NCBI GenBank assembly: GCA_963693365.1
Contig: CAVNZM010000016.1
Coordinates: 5,200,543 to 5,264,542, forward strand
Direction: 5' to 3'
DNA length: 64,000 nt
From: Amoebidium appalachense
Taxonomy: Eukaryota; Protista; Ichthyosporea
Shown: positions 11,968 through 24,780 of the stretch, in pieces
Layout: each line of letters starts with the position of its first letter
How positions within the stretch are numbered: the stretch's first letter is position 1
The notes under the pieces: generated by a model
Told to the model about the DNA's origin: nothing
Databases searched by the model: none
What the model saw: only the letters and a program-made list of their open reading frames with translations
Position numbers and translations under genes: made by a program

Positions 11968-14113
11968 GGCCGTTCCCTCCCTCTCTTTCACCTCCCCATC
12001 GGATTTCCCCCGGGCCCCCACCCCCTCCCCCTCCCTCCCCCCTCCGCCCCCCGGTCCCTCCCCCCTTTCTCCTCCCCGGGCCCCCTCCCCCCCTCGAGCT
12101 CCCCCTGAGTCACCCCCATCCCCACCCCCCCACCAGGGAACCTTCCACACGGTGTGTCTGTCTTCCTCTCTGGCCAAGCTCTGTCGTCTGCTGCTCCATA
12201 TCCGTATGCTCACTCTTGTGTTTGCCGGAGAACATCATTCGAACCGGATTCTTTTTGTATGACCGTCACCAGGAGTCTGCTAGAGAAATTAACTTGGTCA
12301 GGTTTTTTCTATAATAATTAGGCCTATCGCCAGTGTTAAACAAATTCGAATGCCTTATCCAATCGGTCGATCATCATATGTGGCTCACATGAGGCCGGCA
12401 AAACTTTATTGATTACTTTTGAAATAGAACTCGAAAAACGGGCTTGGGGAACGAGTTGGATACTACTAAGCTAAATACTATAACTGTAGTTCATTGACTC
12501 TGAGTAGTGGTGATGGTGGTGGGTGGTCATGGTTTGTGTGTCACGTGGGAGAACGGCGGGGAGGGGGGGGGGATGGGGGGGGGGGGGGGGGGGGGGGGGA
12601 GAACGGTAGCAGTTAACACTGACAGAACGAGCATGTGTGTGTGTACGTATTTGTGAATACCCCCCTCCCCCCCCCCCCCCCCCCCCGTCCCCCGCCCCCT
12701 CTCCAACACACACACACTCACCACCCACCCACCCACCGGTCCCCCCCTTCTCCATCTTCCTCCCCCTCTGTGTATGTGTGCGCGCACACTTCCGCGTGTG
12801 TCTTTGAAGGGAAATGTTTTTTTTTGTTATTTTTTTGCCCCCGTGAAGTTCTGGCCAGAGTTTTTTTTTTTTGTATTAGGGTTGAAGGGGCGGGGGTGTT
12901 GGGGTGTTGGGGTGTTGGGGGGGAGGGATCGATAGCTAGGGAAGGCATGTCAATAATACCATTTTGAGAGGTCATCCTCGCAAGTCATAACACCCAAACC
13001 CCTTTATATCTATATACTTATATTATATATATATGTATGATGGAAATTTCATTTTCATTACCCGTGACAGTGTGAACAAGATAGACTGCCTTATATATCA
13101 CATGGCATATATATCATGTATCACGTTATTGCATTTGATTGGAGCAACTTTAGATTTCCATATCTCTGAAAGTTTCGTGCACTAGGAATGAGCAATAGAT
13201 TCATCACATGCCGCAAGCCAACATATATGCATTGCCAATTGCACGATGCATATAAAATGCATCTAATAATTCATTTATCCATAACAACATGACCTATTAA
13301 TAACAGTATCCCAACATTTATATCCATGTCATATAGGAACATACAGAAAATACATATATCTATCTCTCGCTAGAGCCACCCATGCATAGATGGTTCTCCC
13401 CCCCCCCCCCCCCCCCCCCCAAAAAAAAACAAACAAAAACAAACCAAATACGGAATGAAATAAATAATCGATGAAAAAATGATTAGCCCCCCCCCCCCCC
13501 CCCCCCCCCCCGGGGCCCCCCAACACACACACACACACAATTGGTCAATCTCTAAGGTCATGCCTTGTATCAATATCGCTTAATTTAGTAGGGGGAAAAA
13601 AAAAAAAACGTCACCATCATAATCACGCCGAATTCATCCCGCAAGAGAATGAATGTGCGTCTACAGCCCAGAGGTTCTAATGACACACAAGGCAATACCT
13701 GCACGGACTGAGAGTTGCCGGCCTAACCATACGAACAGGGGTTAGATTTTTTTTTTTTTTTTTTTTTTTAAAAGGAATCAGGGAGGCGAAAAAAGAGAAA
13801 CAGAAGAGGAATATGTGTGTATCGATCATGTTTAGAGCACAGAGAAGGTTATCGTTGATAGTGTGGTGGTCCTAGCTTATGTCGGCACTTGGTTAGTCCG
13901 TGTGTGAGTGTGTTTGTGCGTGTGTGTGTGTGTACATGCGTGGACCCGTGCCCCACGCATGAGTGCACGGGTGGTAGTGAGCGGTGTGTTCGTGCCAACA
14001 GCAAAACAAGTACACACATCATATTTTCCACATGCATAACAACAGAAAGGGGGAGCAAGAGAGAGAAAAAGAAGAGAAGGGACTTAGAACACACGCTGTT
14101 TTTCTTATTTTCC

Positions 14114-14346
14114 TTATTTTTCAGCAGCAAGTGTCTTTGGAAGAGCGACCTTTCTAGCCCTTTTCAGGTCCGGTTTAGTCATACGGAATATGCCCCATAT
14201 GCGCTCAGGGAGTTCCTCGGGTGTTCTCCCTTCAATCTCCATCGCCATGTCAAATGTCAGTGTGCTGGCATAGCTGATGGACATATCGGCTAGTTTGTTG
14301 GCAAGCTGGGGATAGGGGGGGAGAAAAGGTGAGTGCGTTGGGAGGT

Positions 14347-14378
<32 letters not shown>

Positions 14379-14441
14379 GTGTGTGCGAGGCGAGTGTGTG
14401 TGTGTGTGTGTGTGTATGTGTGTGTTTTCGTGTGTGTGTTT

Positions 14442-14516
<75 letters not shown>

Positions 14517-16407
14517 GAGTGCGTGTGTGTAAGTGGGTTTGTGTGCATGTGTGTGCGTGTGTGTGCCGTGTTTGTGTGTGTGTGTTCCGTGTGTGTGCCT
14601 CTGCAGGTGAAGATATTGGGGAGGAGGGGGTAAGAAAAAACAACACTAGAACTTATTATACTTACGGAAGAAGGGAAGAAGGGAGGGGGAAGGTGAATGA
14701 GAGAGGGAGGCATAAGGGGTTGGGTGGGAGGGGCGGAAGGGGAGGGAGGGAGGGGGGGAGGACGGGTAGAATGCGTTGCAGAGTTCGACTGAAGCGCACA
14801 TTCAATACGGACAACACAATGTTATTAGGGTTGTCCGCACACAAAGTATACATCACTGGCAGATCCCATCTCTTGAGGGGGGGGTTTTTGAATGCGAAAC
14901 ACGGTACGAAGTACGCATACACGAAGGACACATGCAAAGGCAAACATTCAAGTATGCAACATCAGCCATACGCACAGTATGCGTCATAAGCAGAGCCCAT
15001 CCTCAGGGAGGGCCCAAGTCATCAATTGCGTCTGAGTTTCGACCCCTTAGCCCGCGTATATACGACTCTCCAACTCAGACAGCAGCATCAACTGAACTTG
15101 GGAGGGTCAACCCGTCTTGATCAAAGACGAGCAGGGTTGCTTATGCAAGCAAGGTGAGCAAAACGGTGAAGATGTGTGTGCAAACTAATGCAGTGCAGCG
15201 AAAAATGTGTATGTGCTTACATATGCACGACACAGAGCAACCATGCCCGGTTGCATGGAACTAAAGCGGTCTCCACACAGTGGTCTGTCCTGAAAGGACA
15301 CCTCTGAAAGAAGACTGGGGGGGTTTGAACGCGGAACACGGTACGAAGTATGCATACACGAAGGACACATGCAAAGGCAAACATTCAAGTATGCAACATC
15401 AGCCATACGCACAGTATGCGTCATAAGCAGAGCCCATCCTCAGGGAAGGCCCAAGTCATCAATTGCGTCTGAGTTTCGACCCCTTAGCCCGCGTATATAC
15501 GACTCTCCAACTCAGACAGCAGCATCAACTGAACTTGGGAGGGTCAACCCGTCTTGATCAAAGACAAACAGGGTTGCTTATGCAAGCAAGGTGAGCACAA
15601 CGGTGAAGATGTGTGTGCAAACTAATGCAGTGCAGCGAAAAATGCGTATGTGCTTACAGATGCACGACACAGAGCAACCATGCCCGGTTGCATGGAAGTA
15701 AAGCGGTCTCCACACAGTGGTCTGTCCTGAAAGGACACCTCTGAAAGAAGATTGGGGGGGTTTGAATGCGGAACACCGTACGAAGTACGCATACACGAAG
15801 GACACATGCAAAGGCAAACATTCAAGTATGCAACATCAGCCATACGCACAGTATGTGTCATAAGCAGAGCCCAATTTCATTGAGGGTGGGGGGAGGGTGG
15901 GGGGAGGAAAGGGGGTTACTTTTTGACAGGCCGCGGAAGACCGAAAACGTAGTGTTACACATGATCTCCATGGAGTGGGGGGTTCAGAACATGCTACAGA
16001 ATAGGACATAAGCATTCATTACGGACAACACAGTGCAGGACTTTTCTTCTGTTCCTTTTTTCTGTTCTTTCTTTTTTCTTATTTTCTCTTCTTTCCTATT
16101 TTTCATTTTTCTTTTCCTTTCCTCTCTCTCTCTCTTTTTTTTTTGTCCCCGGGGGGGTGGGGGGGGGGGGGGGCAGGATCACACACCGTGGATGACGTGG
16201 TGTCACACATGATCTCCATGTACTTGTCGGTTATGTTGTAGCGGTGGGTCAGTTTGGTGGCAAAGAGGATGGGCTTGGACGAGCCACATGCTGCCTTAAG
16301 AAGCCAGTGTGCATCCACTACACGGGGTATGACCTGTGCGTGTGTGTGTTTTGGGGCGGGCGGGGGGGGAGGGGGGGGGGGGGGGGGGAGTGGAGGGCCG
16401 TATGGGT

Positions 16408-16471
<64 letters not shown>

Positions 16472-16616
16472 TTGGGGGGGGGGGGGGGAGGGGGGGGGGG
16501 GGGGGGGGAGGGGAGGAGGGGGGGGGGGGGGGGGGGGGATGTTGTGTGTTGGTATATGTATGTGTGTCGGGAGAGGTGGTGTTGTGTGGGCGTGTGTGTG
16601 GGTATGCATGTGTGCA

Positions 16617-16710
<94 letters not shown>

Positions 16711-17011
16711 TGTGCGTGCTCTGTGGGATAGCGAGGGAGGGGAAAGGGGGAGGGGGGGGAGGGGGGGGGGGGGGGGGATTTTAGCTTAAAAGCAATATGT
16801 AAGAATGATTCCATTGTTCAGAACAACCCAATAAGAAATGTGCTATATGCACTCGACACCAAAACAGCTTATCCAACGACAAAGATATGTAGCACCAATC
16901 CCCCCCCCCCCCTTCCCCTCTAGTCAAAAACAACAACAAGAAAAAAGCAACAACACCATCACCACCACTAAAGCCTTCAGAACAACTAAAGACGAGAAAT
17001 GTGTTATAATT

Positions 17012-17054
<43 letters not shown>

Positions 17055-17152
17055 CAAAAAAAAGACTTCACAACCACCCGGCACAGTCAAAAAGAAAAAA
17101 GGGGGTAAGGAACTACCAGCCTCGAAAAACGGCAATTTCAAGGAGACCACCC

Positions 17153-17189
<37 letters not shown>

Positions 17190-17998
17190 TGTGCTGTTGT
17201 TTATTGACATACATTTCGATGCTGTAGTCACACGCCGGCACTAACAAAACAGCATACACGTGCTTCCATTCAACAAGGTACACATGCAGGTAACGAAGAT
17301 AGTATCCAACTTCCCTTTCCGAAAAAAAAAAAACAATCCCAAAAATCAAACATACTTTAAAATGTTGGTTGCGAAAGTCATCGTCTCCTTCCAGAAATTT
17401 CTTCCACGACCTTTGGAACCCTGGAGACGTTTCCTTGAGCCGGTCATTGTCAAGGGCCCACGTGCACGCCATGTTGTACGTCAGAGACTGAAGAACCCCG
17501 AAATTTCATGGTTAGTATTGGGATGAAAGATATGAAGGGGGGGCTATATATGTGTTACAGTGCTCTGGAGTTAAAATATGGCACGACCCCGAAATTTCAT
17601 TGTCGGTATTGGGGTGATCGAACAAAGGGGGGGGGGGGGGGGGGGGGGGGGGGGTAAACATGGGTTACAGAGTAAGAATAAACGTGCACTACGGACAACA
17701 CAAGGTAAATGATGGAAAGGAAGGGGGTTGGAATCCGTACAGCGAATAAAGCCCACATTCATGACGGACAGCACAATGCAGGTTTTGTAAAAGCAGAGAC
17801 ACAAAGCGTAATCCCCTACAAAGAGTACGTGTCAGAAGCAGAGCCAATCCTCAAGGGGCGACCAACATCCACAGTACTACAAAGAGTACGTGTCAGAGGC
17901 AGAGCCAATCCTCAGGGGGGGACCAACATCCACAGTATAAGACTTCAGGCCCATTCACACCAAGGAAGGGGGGGGGGGGGGGGGAAGAGGGTGTGTGT

Positions 17999-18045
<47 letters not shown>

Positions 18046-18186
18046 GGGGGGATGGGGGAGAATAAATTGAGGTCACAAGAATAGCCATTACATCGAAGCC
18101 AAAAGCCCGGCTAGAACGAAAGTATGTAAGTTTGTGAAACCAAGTTCCCTGATAGTAGAGCCCTCAAACCCCACCCCAACACCACC

Positions 18187-18233
<47 letters not shown>

Positions 18234-19169
18234 CACCACCACCACGACGACCACTACACACAAGCCCCTGCCCCCCCCCCCCCCCCCCCCCCGGCCCCAA
18301 ATGGCGGAAGGAAAAGAAAAGGAACAAGGGGGGGGGGGGGGGGGGGGGGGGGGCACCGTGCTGAGAAAGGGGGGAAGGGAGGGAGGGAGGGAAGGAGGGA
18401 GGGGGTGGGCATAAAGGAGAGCCGGGGGAGGGGAGGGGTACAGTGGGGTGGGTGGGGGTCACTAAAGAGAGAGAGAAGAGCAGGAGAAGAGAGATCAGAA
18501 AGAAGGAGAGAGGAACGGGGGGGAGGGGTATTAGAGACAGAGAGAGAAGAGGAAGAGATAGAGAGGGGAGAAGGAGAGGAGAAAGAGGACACACGACACA
18601 CACACACACGCACTCACACACCCACACACATACACGCACGCACGCGCGCGCGCACACACACACACCTCCACCCACCCACACACAAAAACACCCACCCACC
18701 CACCCACCCACCCACGCACACACACACACACGCACACGCACACACCTACACACCCACCTGGAAGTGTACGACCACCATAAACCTGGTCTCCCCCTGTGAC
18801 AGTGCCCACTGCACGTAGCTCTGCTGTGTCGAAGAGAAGTTGTCGAACCTCCCTGTGTCCCCACCCAACATTTAAGTACTACAAAAAAAAAAAAAAAAAA
18901 AGGGGGGGGGGGGGGGGGGGGCCCATCTCCCCCCTTCTGTCTCCACCCCGCCCCTACCAACTCTGTATCCCCCCACCCACACAGTCGAGCAAGAGAGGAA
19001 CACCTGGAAAGCCAGGAAGGTGCCATGAAGGAACATGCACCGAAGGGGGGGGGGGGCATGGCAGTACAAACCACAAGTTCACACGGTCCAGAGGCTACGT
19101 AAGATGGCGGATGGGTGGATGGGTGGGTGGGTGGGTGGGTGGGGGTTTAGAATGCTTAACAGGGTACGA

Positions 19170-19224
<55 letters not shown>

Positions 19225-20533
19225 GGGGGGGGGGGGGGGGGGGATGAGATCTAGGGGGGGAGGATGGTCTATCCTAGAATGCCATGATACACACAAGAAG
19301 CACATCTACACATAACACAAGGATTTTGTTTTGTGGGGGGGGGGGGGGGGGGGGGGGTTTCACCTGGGATCGTTGTGCGGAAAATGTCCACGTCCACAAG
19401 CTCACCCACTGCCGGCTCACTGCTCACCTTCAGCCCGTCTGGGTGGGGCAAAAAAAAGGGAATGTAAGTCGAAAAAACAAAAGAAAAACAACAAACGAAC
19501 TAAAACAAATAAAGAAAAACAATCCCCTAACCAGAGCAATGCAGCTCCCCCTCTCCCCCCTCCCCTTCCCCTGGGCGACAAAAAAGAAGATTGGCGAGGA
19601 GGAGGAAGGTTGAGATGTAGAGAGGAAAAAAAAAACACAGTGGCTAACACGATGGTCTTTTAAGCAAAATCTGCTACATAACGCAGAGATTAGGACAAGT
19701 AACACAGAAGGACACACCAGCATGAGACATGGAAAGACCTTACGTGCGCAAAGGGGGGGGGGGGGGGGGGGGGGGGGGGGGAGTGGGGGCTTTGTGTGTG
19801 TTAGGAAGTGTTTGTGTGTGTGTGTGCAGACCTCTCTGCTCGTGTGTGTGCGAGAAGAAACGGGAAGAAAGGGGGGGGGGAGGGGGGGGGGGGGGGGAAG
19901 GGGGGGGGGCACGAGGGTGGGGGGGGGGCGGGGGTTTGAATGCGTCAAAAAGTACGAAGTACACAAGAACAAACGGATAACACGATGCAGAATGCAAGCC
20001 ATACATAAAGAGTATGCATAATAAGCAGAGCCCATCCTCAGGGGGGGCCCACGTCATCCACAGTACCCGAGTTTCGACCTATTCCCCTCGTTAACGAAAC
20101 CCAACTCAGATACTGTTTCACTTGAACATGAGTAGGTCACCCGTCTTGATCAGAGACGAGGAGGGTTGCTTATGCAGGGGGGGGGGGGGGGGGGGGGGGG
20201 GAGGGGGAGGAGTAAGGGGCTCGGGAGAGGGGCTGGAAAGTGCGTGAAGTGGAAGCACGGAGATATTCAAACGCAGCAAACGCAGACAACAACTGTATGG
20301 AGTGGAACAACACAAATAGCACCAAAAATATTATTTGTCTATCATGTGAATCTGTAATAGGTTGCATGCCTCAAGATCTCTTATTACAAAAGGGCGAAGA
20401 TAAGAAAGGAATAAACACTAACAGATAGAAAGAACCATCGAGCGTGTTAGAAATGCCGTGTAAGGTAGTCCAGAGTCATACCATAAAAGTTCGATTGTGA
20501 GATCTGTAGCTTCTCGTGCAGGTATTGTGTGTG

Positions 20534-20593
<60 letters not shown>

Positions 20594-21346
20594 TTGTGTA
20601 TGTGTGTGTGTGTGTGTGTGTGTGTTTGTGTGTGTACGTCGTGTGTGCGTGTGTGTAACTTGTGTGTGTGCACATGCGTGTGTATGTGTGCATGTGTTTG
20701 TGTGAGTGTGTGTGTCTTGTGTGTGTGTGTGTGCGCGCGCGCGCACGCGCGCATGTGTATCCGTGTAGGTGGATAACGACATTTGTCCTTCTCACGTTCC
20801 TGATTACCCACCTTTCAAGTAGTTTTTCCCTCGGATCTCGAACTTAGTAGCGTCCGGTTCACTCCAGCAGTTTGTCTCTCCCTCAGTCGTACCTAAACCA
20901 CCAAGCAACATGAGAATGAGACACTCAAAAGCAACCACTACCTGTTCTGCATTGCCACGAAGCCCACGATGTCGGATACCACAGCAAAACAAACCTCCCA
21001 GGAATCACATAGCTCACAATCTTGGAAACCAGCCATTCGTTGTAAAAACCGAAATCAAGTCGCCCATGCTGAAAGGAGGAAACACACCTTGCTTGAAGTC
21101 TCCATCCCTTCCCATGTTCATACTGCACAGTGATGTTATTGACTTTGTGTTCTTGAGGTTGGTCTCGTCTTCATCAATACCAGTATTATATGAAGATGAT
21201 CTCATCATGCCTACATCTTTGGCGCCAGTACTAGCTGCCGGCACGCTGAGGCCATTCTCAGAAGGAGGTTTAAGCAGGATGGCGGGCCCACAGCCTGCTA
21301 CATCATCAGTTGCGGCGGTAGGTGTCATGTCTGTGTTTTCCGCCAA
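14114..21346 (-). CDS. EDR2 C-terminal (DUF1336) domain protein; exons about 21346-21088, 20892-20812, 19438-19364, 19003-18981 (candidate micro-exon), 18823-18758, 17487-17356, 16333-16187, 14305-14114
   Basis: Spliced product contains NCWSEPDATKFEIRGKNYLKDGLKVSS..ELVDVDIF, FMVVVHFQ, FLEGDDDFRNQHFKVIPRVVDAHWLLKAACGSSKPIL and DMAMEIEGRTPEELPERIWGIFRM, motifs typical of DUF1336/EDR2-C. The 5' exon structure upstream of about 21346 is unresolved. Confidence 0.8.
14889..15872 (-). repeat. Tandem array of about 2.25 copies of a 437-bp unit (structured repeat, subfamily B) in the last intron of the DUF1336 gene
   Basis: Equivalent positions at 14901, 15338 and 15775 give a period of 437. Units are highly similar and share the core ataagcagagcccatcctcaggg...gagtttcgacc...cccgtcttgatca..gacgagcagggttgcttatgca with subfamily A. 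Confidence 0.9.
17816..17937 (-). repeat. Two tandem 61-bp degenerate fragments of the structured repeat
   Basis: ctacaaagagtacgtgtcaga(a/g)gcagagccaatcctca..gggg.gaccaacatccacagta occurs twice. It resembles subfamily A aaagagtatgcataataagcagagcccatcctcaggggggg...catccacagta. Confidence 0.7.
19935..20176 (-). repeat. Dispersed structured repeat, subfamily A, in an intron of the DUF1336 gene
   Basis: Reverse complement of 7135-7376 with about one mismatch. Confidence 0.85.
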
Positions 21347-22006
21347 GCCAGGGGGCTTTCAGGGATCTCCTATCAAACGTTCACGAGTTCACCGTTGAAG
21401 CCAACTAGAGCTTGGAACAGGCTGGAAAGCAGTTTTGCTGTCAGTGAAAATTCTGTGAACTACTTGCTGAGCCTCAAGATCTGACCTCTCAAAACGAAAA
21501 AAACTTAACCGCCAACATGCCAGATCTCTACAACAGCCCACAATGAGTACTAGCAAACCATCACCCTTTCTCCTTGTCCCAATGTTGTTATAATCTGCCC
21601 TCTCACTCGGCTTTGTTTTTGCCCCATCTGCAACTAGTAGGCAGGTGATATAACGGAAGTCACCGATTTCAGATTCCTGCGGCTCAAAAGTGGGGCCTCC
21701 ATCTTATGCCGGTCAATGTCCAAATCCGTTTTTAGTTATAATACAGCCTAAACTATGAATAGGAAACAGGCTTTGGCGCCTTAATTAAAAGTATAGAAAA
21801 TAAAGCGACACACATTGTTTATATGAGCAACATAGGGTGTCCGACGCGTATTTTGAGGTCAAAACAGGCAAAAACACATGTTTTGCCATATGCGATCGAC
21901 TTCCACCGTCCCAGCCGGAAGCGGTTTTGGCTGGTTTTAGCTGATTTAGACGTTGAGGAAGACGTCGGACACCCCAGACCGCCTATATCAAAGTTTGCGC
22001 GTCTTT

Positions 22007-22300
22007 AATGTTTGTGTCACTTTTGTGCCGAAACTTTTTCTCGTAAACATTTAGATAGATGTATTTATTTATCTCAGATTATTCCGTTGGAAGTTAGAAG
22101 ACTGTCTTGTTTAGATAACCCTGATATATTACGTCTATTGACCGAATGTTTAACGAGTTTTCTCGGGTGTATGATTATCTACAAATATTATCCGTATCCG
22201 AGAGTAAGGTTTTTTTGTATCTTCTTCGCTGAGATATCTGTGATATCTCGATTGTCTCTATTTTTGACGAGAACATCAATAAAGTCATTATAACAAAAAA
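22007..22300 (+). mobile_element. 3' fragment (about 290 bp) of the LINE family at 8966-10691
   Basis: Encodes CHFCAETFSRKHLDRCIYLSQIIPLEVRRL, compared with CHFCADPFSRKHLDKWIYLSQILPLEIRRL in the long copy. Ends in caataaagtcattataacaaaaaa. Confidence 0.85.
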
Positions 22301-23637
22301 TATCTATATATATATATATTTCCTACAACTTTACTTTGAGGGTGAAAACTTCGTTTCTAAGTGAAATCGAAAATAAATTGGCTTTGAGAGGCTGTAGATT
22401 AGTATTTGGCCCCGATTTTAGGCCCCACTTTTCGGCCAATTAGATCTGAGACTGGTGAAGTTGACGGAACACAATGTCAAATATTATTCGAGCAGCACTC
22501 ATGAGCTGAGCCGCAGGCAGCCAATCAAATCGTTGCAGATAATTAACCAGATGAAGGGAGATCTCCAGACCGATTCGGGTAACCGGAGGTCACCTATTGG
22601 ATGCCGAATCGACCCAATGAATGGCTCGAAAAGATAAGGCCACACACCCTCTCACTGTAGCATCGAGTCTTGTTGACACCCTGGATATAGAATCTAGGCC
22701 TACCTAAAAGAAAACGGTGCTTTTAAAAGGATTTTGAAAAAAGAACTTTATTGCTTAGAACAGATTGTCTCCTTTAAGTTTTTGCATGTGCAGAATTAAT
22801 TCGTCGAAACAGCGATGGCGACTCGTGCATTCGTTCTTGACCCGATTTGCCTACTTCGGGTAGTGGACTGCTTCGGAGCTTCAAGATTACGCTGATGACC
22901 AGGTTCATCATTTTAGATCCGTGAAGTTCGCTTGAATGGAGCATCGTGTAAAGCGTATTGATTTAGAAAAATATAGAAAAGGCATTATAGTGAATATTTC
23001 ATAATCTGCTTACTAGAAGAATTCAGCTGTTAATCACAAGGTTTCTTTTAGTTTTCGATAGAGCAGGACTGGGGAGTCCTTCGGCCCATATATGTCGCGC
23101 ACCTTGTTTATGGCATGACCAATCAGCCTGATTTTTTTTAAGCGGTGGAACGTCGTGCTCCACATTTTCATGTTTTCGTGACCAGTATGAAAGGAAAAAA
23201 ACTTTCAACATTATGTACTAACTTAAATGCTTTCCCCTTTTTCCGGGGTCTTTTTTTTCTTTTGACTGGTTTTTCATGCGCAATTTAGTGACTTTACTTC
23301 TGAACATAGTATGCTGAGGCAATGAGGCTCAGTTTTTCCGGGCCCGGAATCCGGGGGAAAATTTTGACTCGGAGAGATGATGAATGACTCAATGCGAGTC
23401 ACCTGTTCGCTCATTTCAGTCTGTTTGGATTGGTCTCCCACTCTCTCTCTCTCTCCTTCCCCTCCACCTCCCAGTTTTCCTCGAGCCGTTCACAACCGTG
23501 ACTTTCCGTTCATTTCTTACGAGAACAGGCTTTAACAGATTCGTTAGAGTGACCTTACAAGTAGTAACCACAAGGTATCGTACAACCTCAAATTCTCCAT
23601 TATACATAGCCTGTCTTCTTTTTTACCTCTGTAAAAA

Positions 23638-24780
23638 ATGGAGAAACACCTGATCATTTCTCTCATAGAGGTTGCCGGAGGCAAAGACAAGGACCCGTCC
23701 ACAGGTCACCGATGGGACACTCCCTTGATTGCAGACGCTCTAAAGGCGCTTGGATGCGAAACGTTCGTCTATTTCTATACGGATGATGGCAGACATGCCC
23801 TTGCCGATGAGATCAAGAACAACGGCTCTGTGGCATACATTAGCAGATTAGATCCAGGGAAGTACGACAACTATACAGAGGGTATATACCTAAGGTTTCT
23901 GGAAGGGCTGCTCGAACATGGGTTGACGGGTTTTTCCACACCGAAGCAGATGTTTGCGCTTGGAACGAAGGAGGTTTTGTGGCGGCTGAGAGATACGAGA
24001 CTGGGTGTCGGAGAGGAGAACGTACGAGTTTTTCGCACCAAGGAAGAACTTGATAGCGGTTTCTGGGAGTTTTTGGTTTCTGCACCAAAGGAAGAGGGAA
24101 GAGTTCTAAAGCAGAACCGAGGCGCCGGGGGTCTGGGGACATACTGGGTGAGGGTTCAGGGTGAGGTGGGGAGTGAGAGAGCGAGCGCGCATGTTTTGGT
24201 GAGGGAGGCGCATGATGCGAAGCAGAGAGAGTATACGTGGGGTGAGTTTGTAGACGTGATGTCATCACAACATCTGGACAGCACGAAAGAAGGTGAGAGT
24301 GTCGAGGGGAAACATCTTCTGGTGGCTGTGCCATTCTTTTCAGGGATAAAGAATGGCGAAAGGAGATTAATTGCAACTGGGGAGAGAGTCGTAGCGGTGG
24401 TAGACAAACAGGGAGTTCCGGCGGAAGATGGGAAGTACTTTTCGTGCACGGGCAGGGCGGGAGCGACACACACATACCTCTATGGAGATGATTGGGAGGG
24501 GAAGGAACCATGGGTTACTTTAACACATCTGCTGGAAGAGAACATTGCCGACATTAAGACGTTAACGGGGTTACGGGAGTTGCCTCCCCTGTGGACTGCT
24601 GATTTCATACAAGTAGCGGATGGGGAGGGTAGGTATGTGATTGGCGAGTGTAATTGCTCATGTTTCGGGTTTGGCGCCAAGCAGCCTAATGTGGCAAAGG
24701 CTTTTGCCGAAGAGATTGTGAGAAGATTGAAGCTTGGGGTGCGAGTTGAGTGTGAGAGGCCCTATGTGCAACACATGTAG
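23638..24780 (+). CDS. Intronless Cj0069-family (DUF6815-like) ATP-grasp-fold protein, 380 aa
   Basis: Single clean ORF. Motifs IEVAGGKDKD..GHRWDT, YISRLDPG, RVLKQNRGAGGLG, IKNGERRL, LPPLWTADFI and YVIGECNCSCFGF match the bacterial Cj0069 family as I recall it (GGSDKG..G.RKDT, RVLKQNRGSTGEG, LPLIWTADFI, GEINCSCVGF). Confidence 0.85.
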   Translation: MEKHLIISLIEVAGGKDKDPSTGHRWDTPLIADALKALGCETFVYFYTDDGRHALADEIKNNGSVAYISRLDPGKYDNYTEGIYLRFLEGLLEHGLTGFSTPKQMFALGTKEVLWRLRDTRLGVGEENVRVFRTKEELDSGFWEFLVSAPKEEGRVLKQNRGAGGLGTYWVRVQGEVGSERASAHVLVREAHDAKQREYTWGEFVDVMSSQHLDSTKEGESVEGKHLLVAVPFFSGIKNGERRLIATGERVVAVVDKQGVPAEDGKYFSCTGRAGATHTYLYGDDWEGKEPWVTLTHLLEENIADIKTLTGLRELPPLWTADFIQVADGEGRYVIGECNCSCFGFGAKQPNVAKAFAEEIVRRLKLGVRVECERPYVQHM

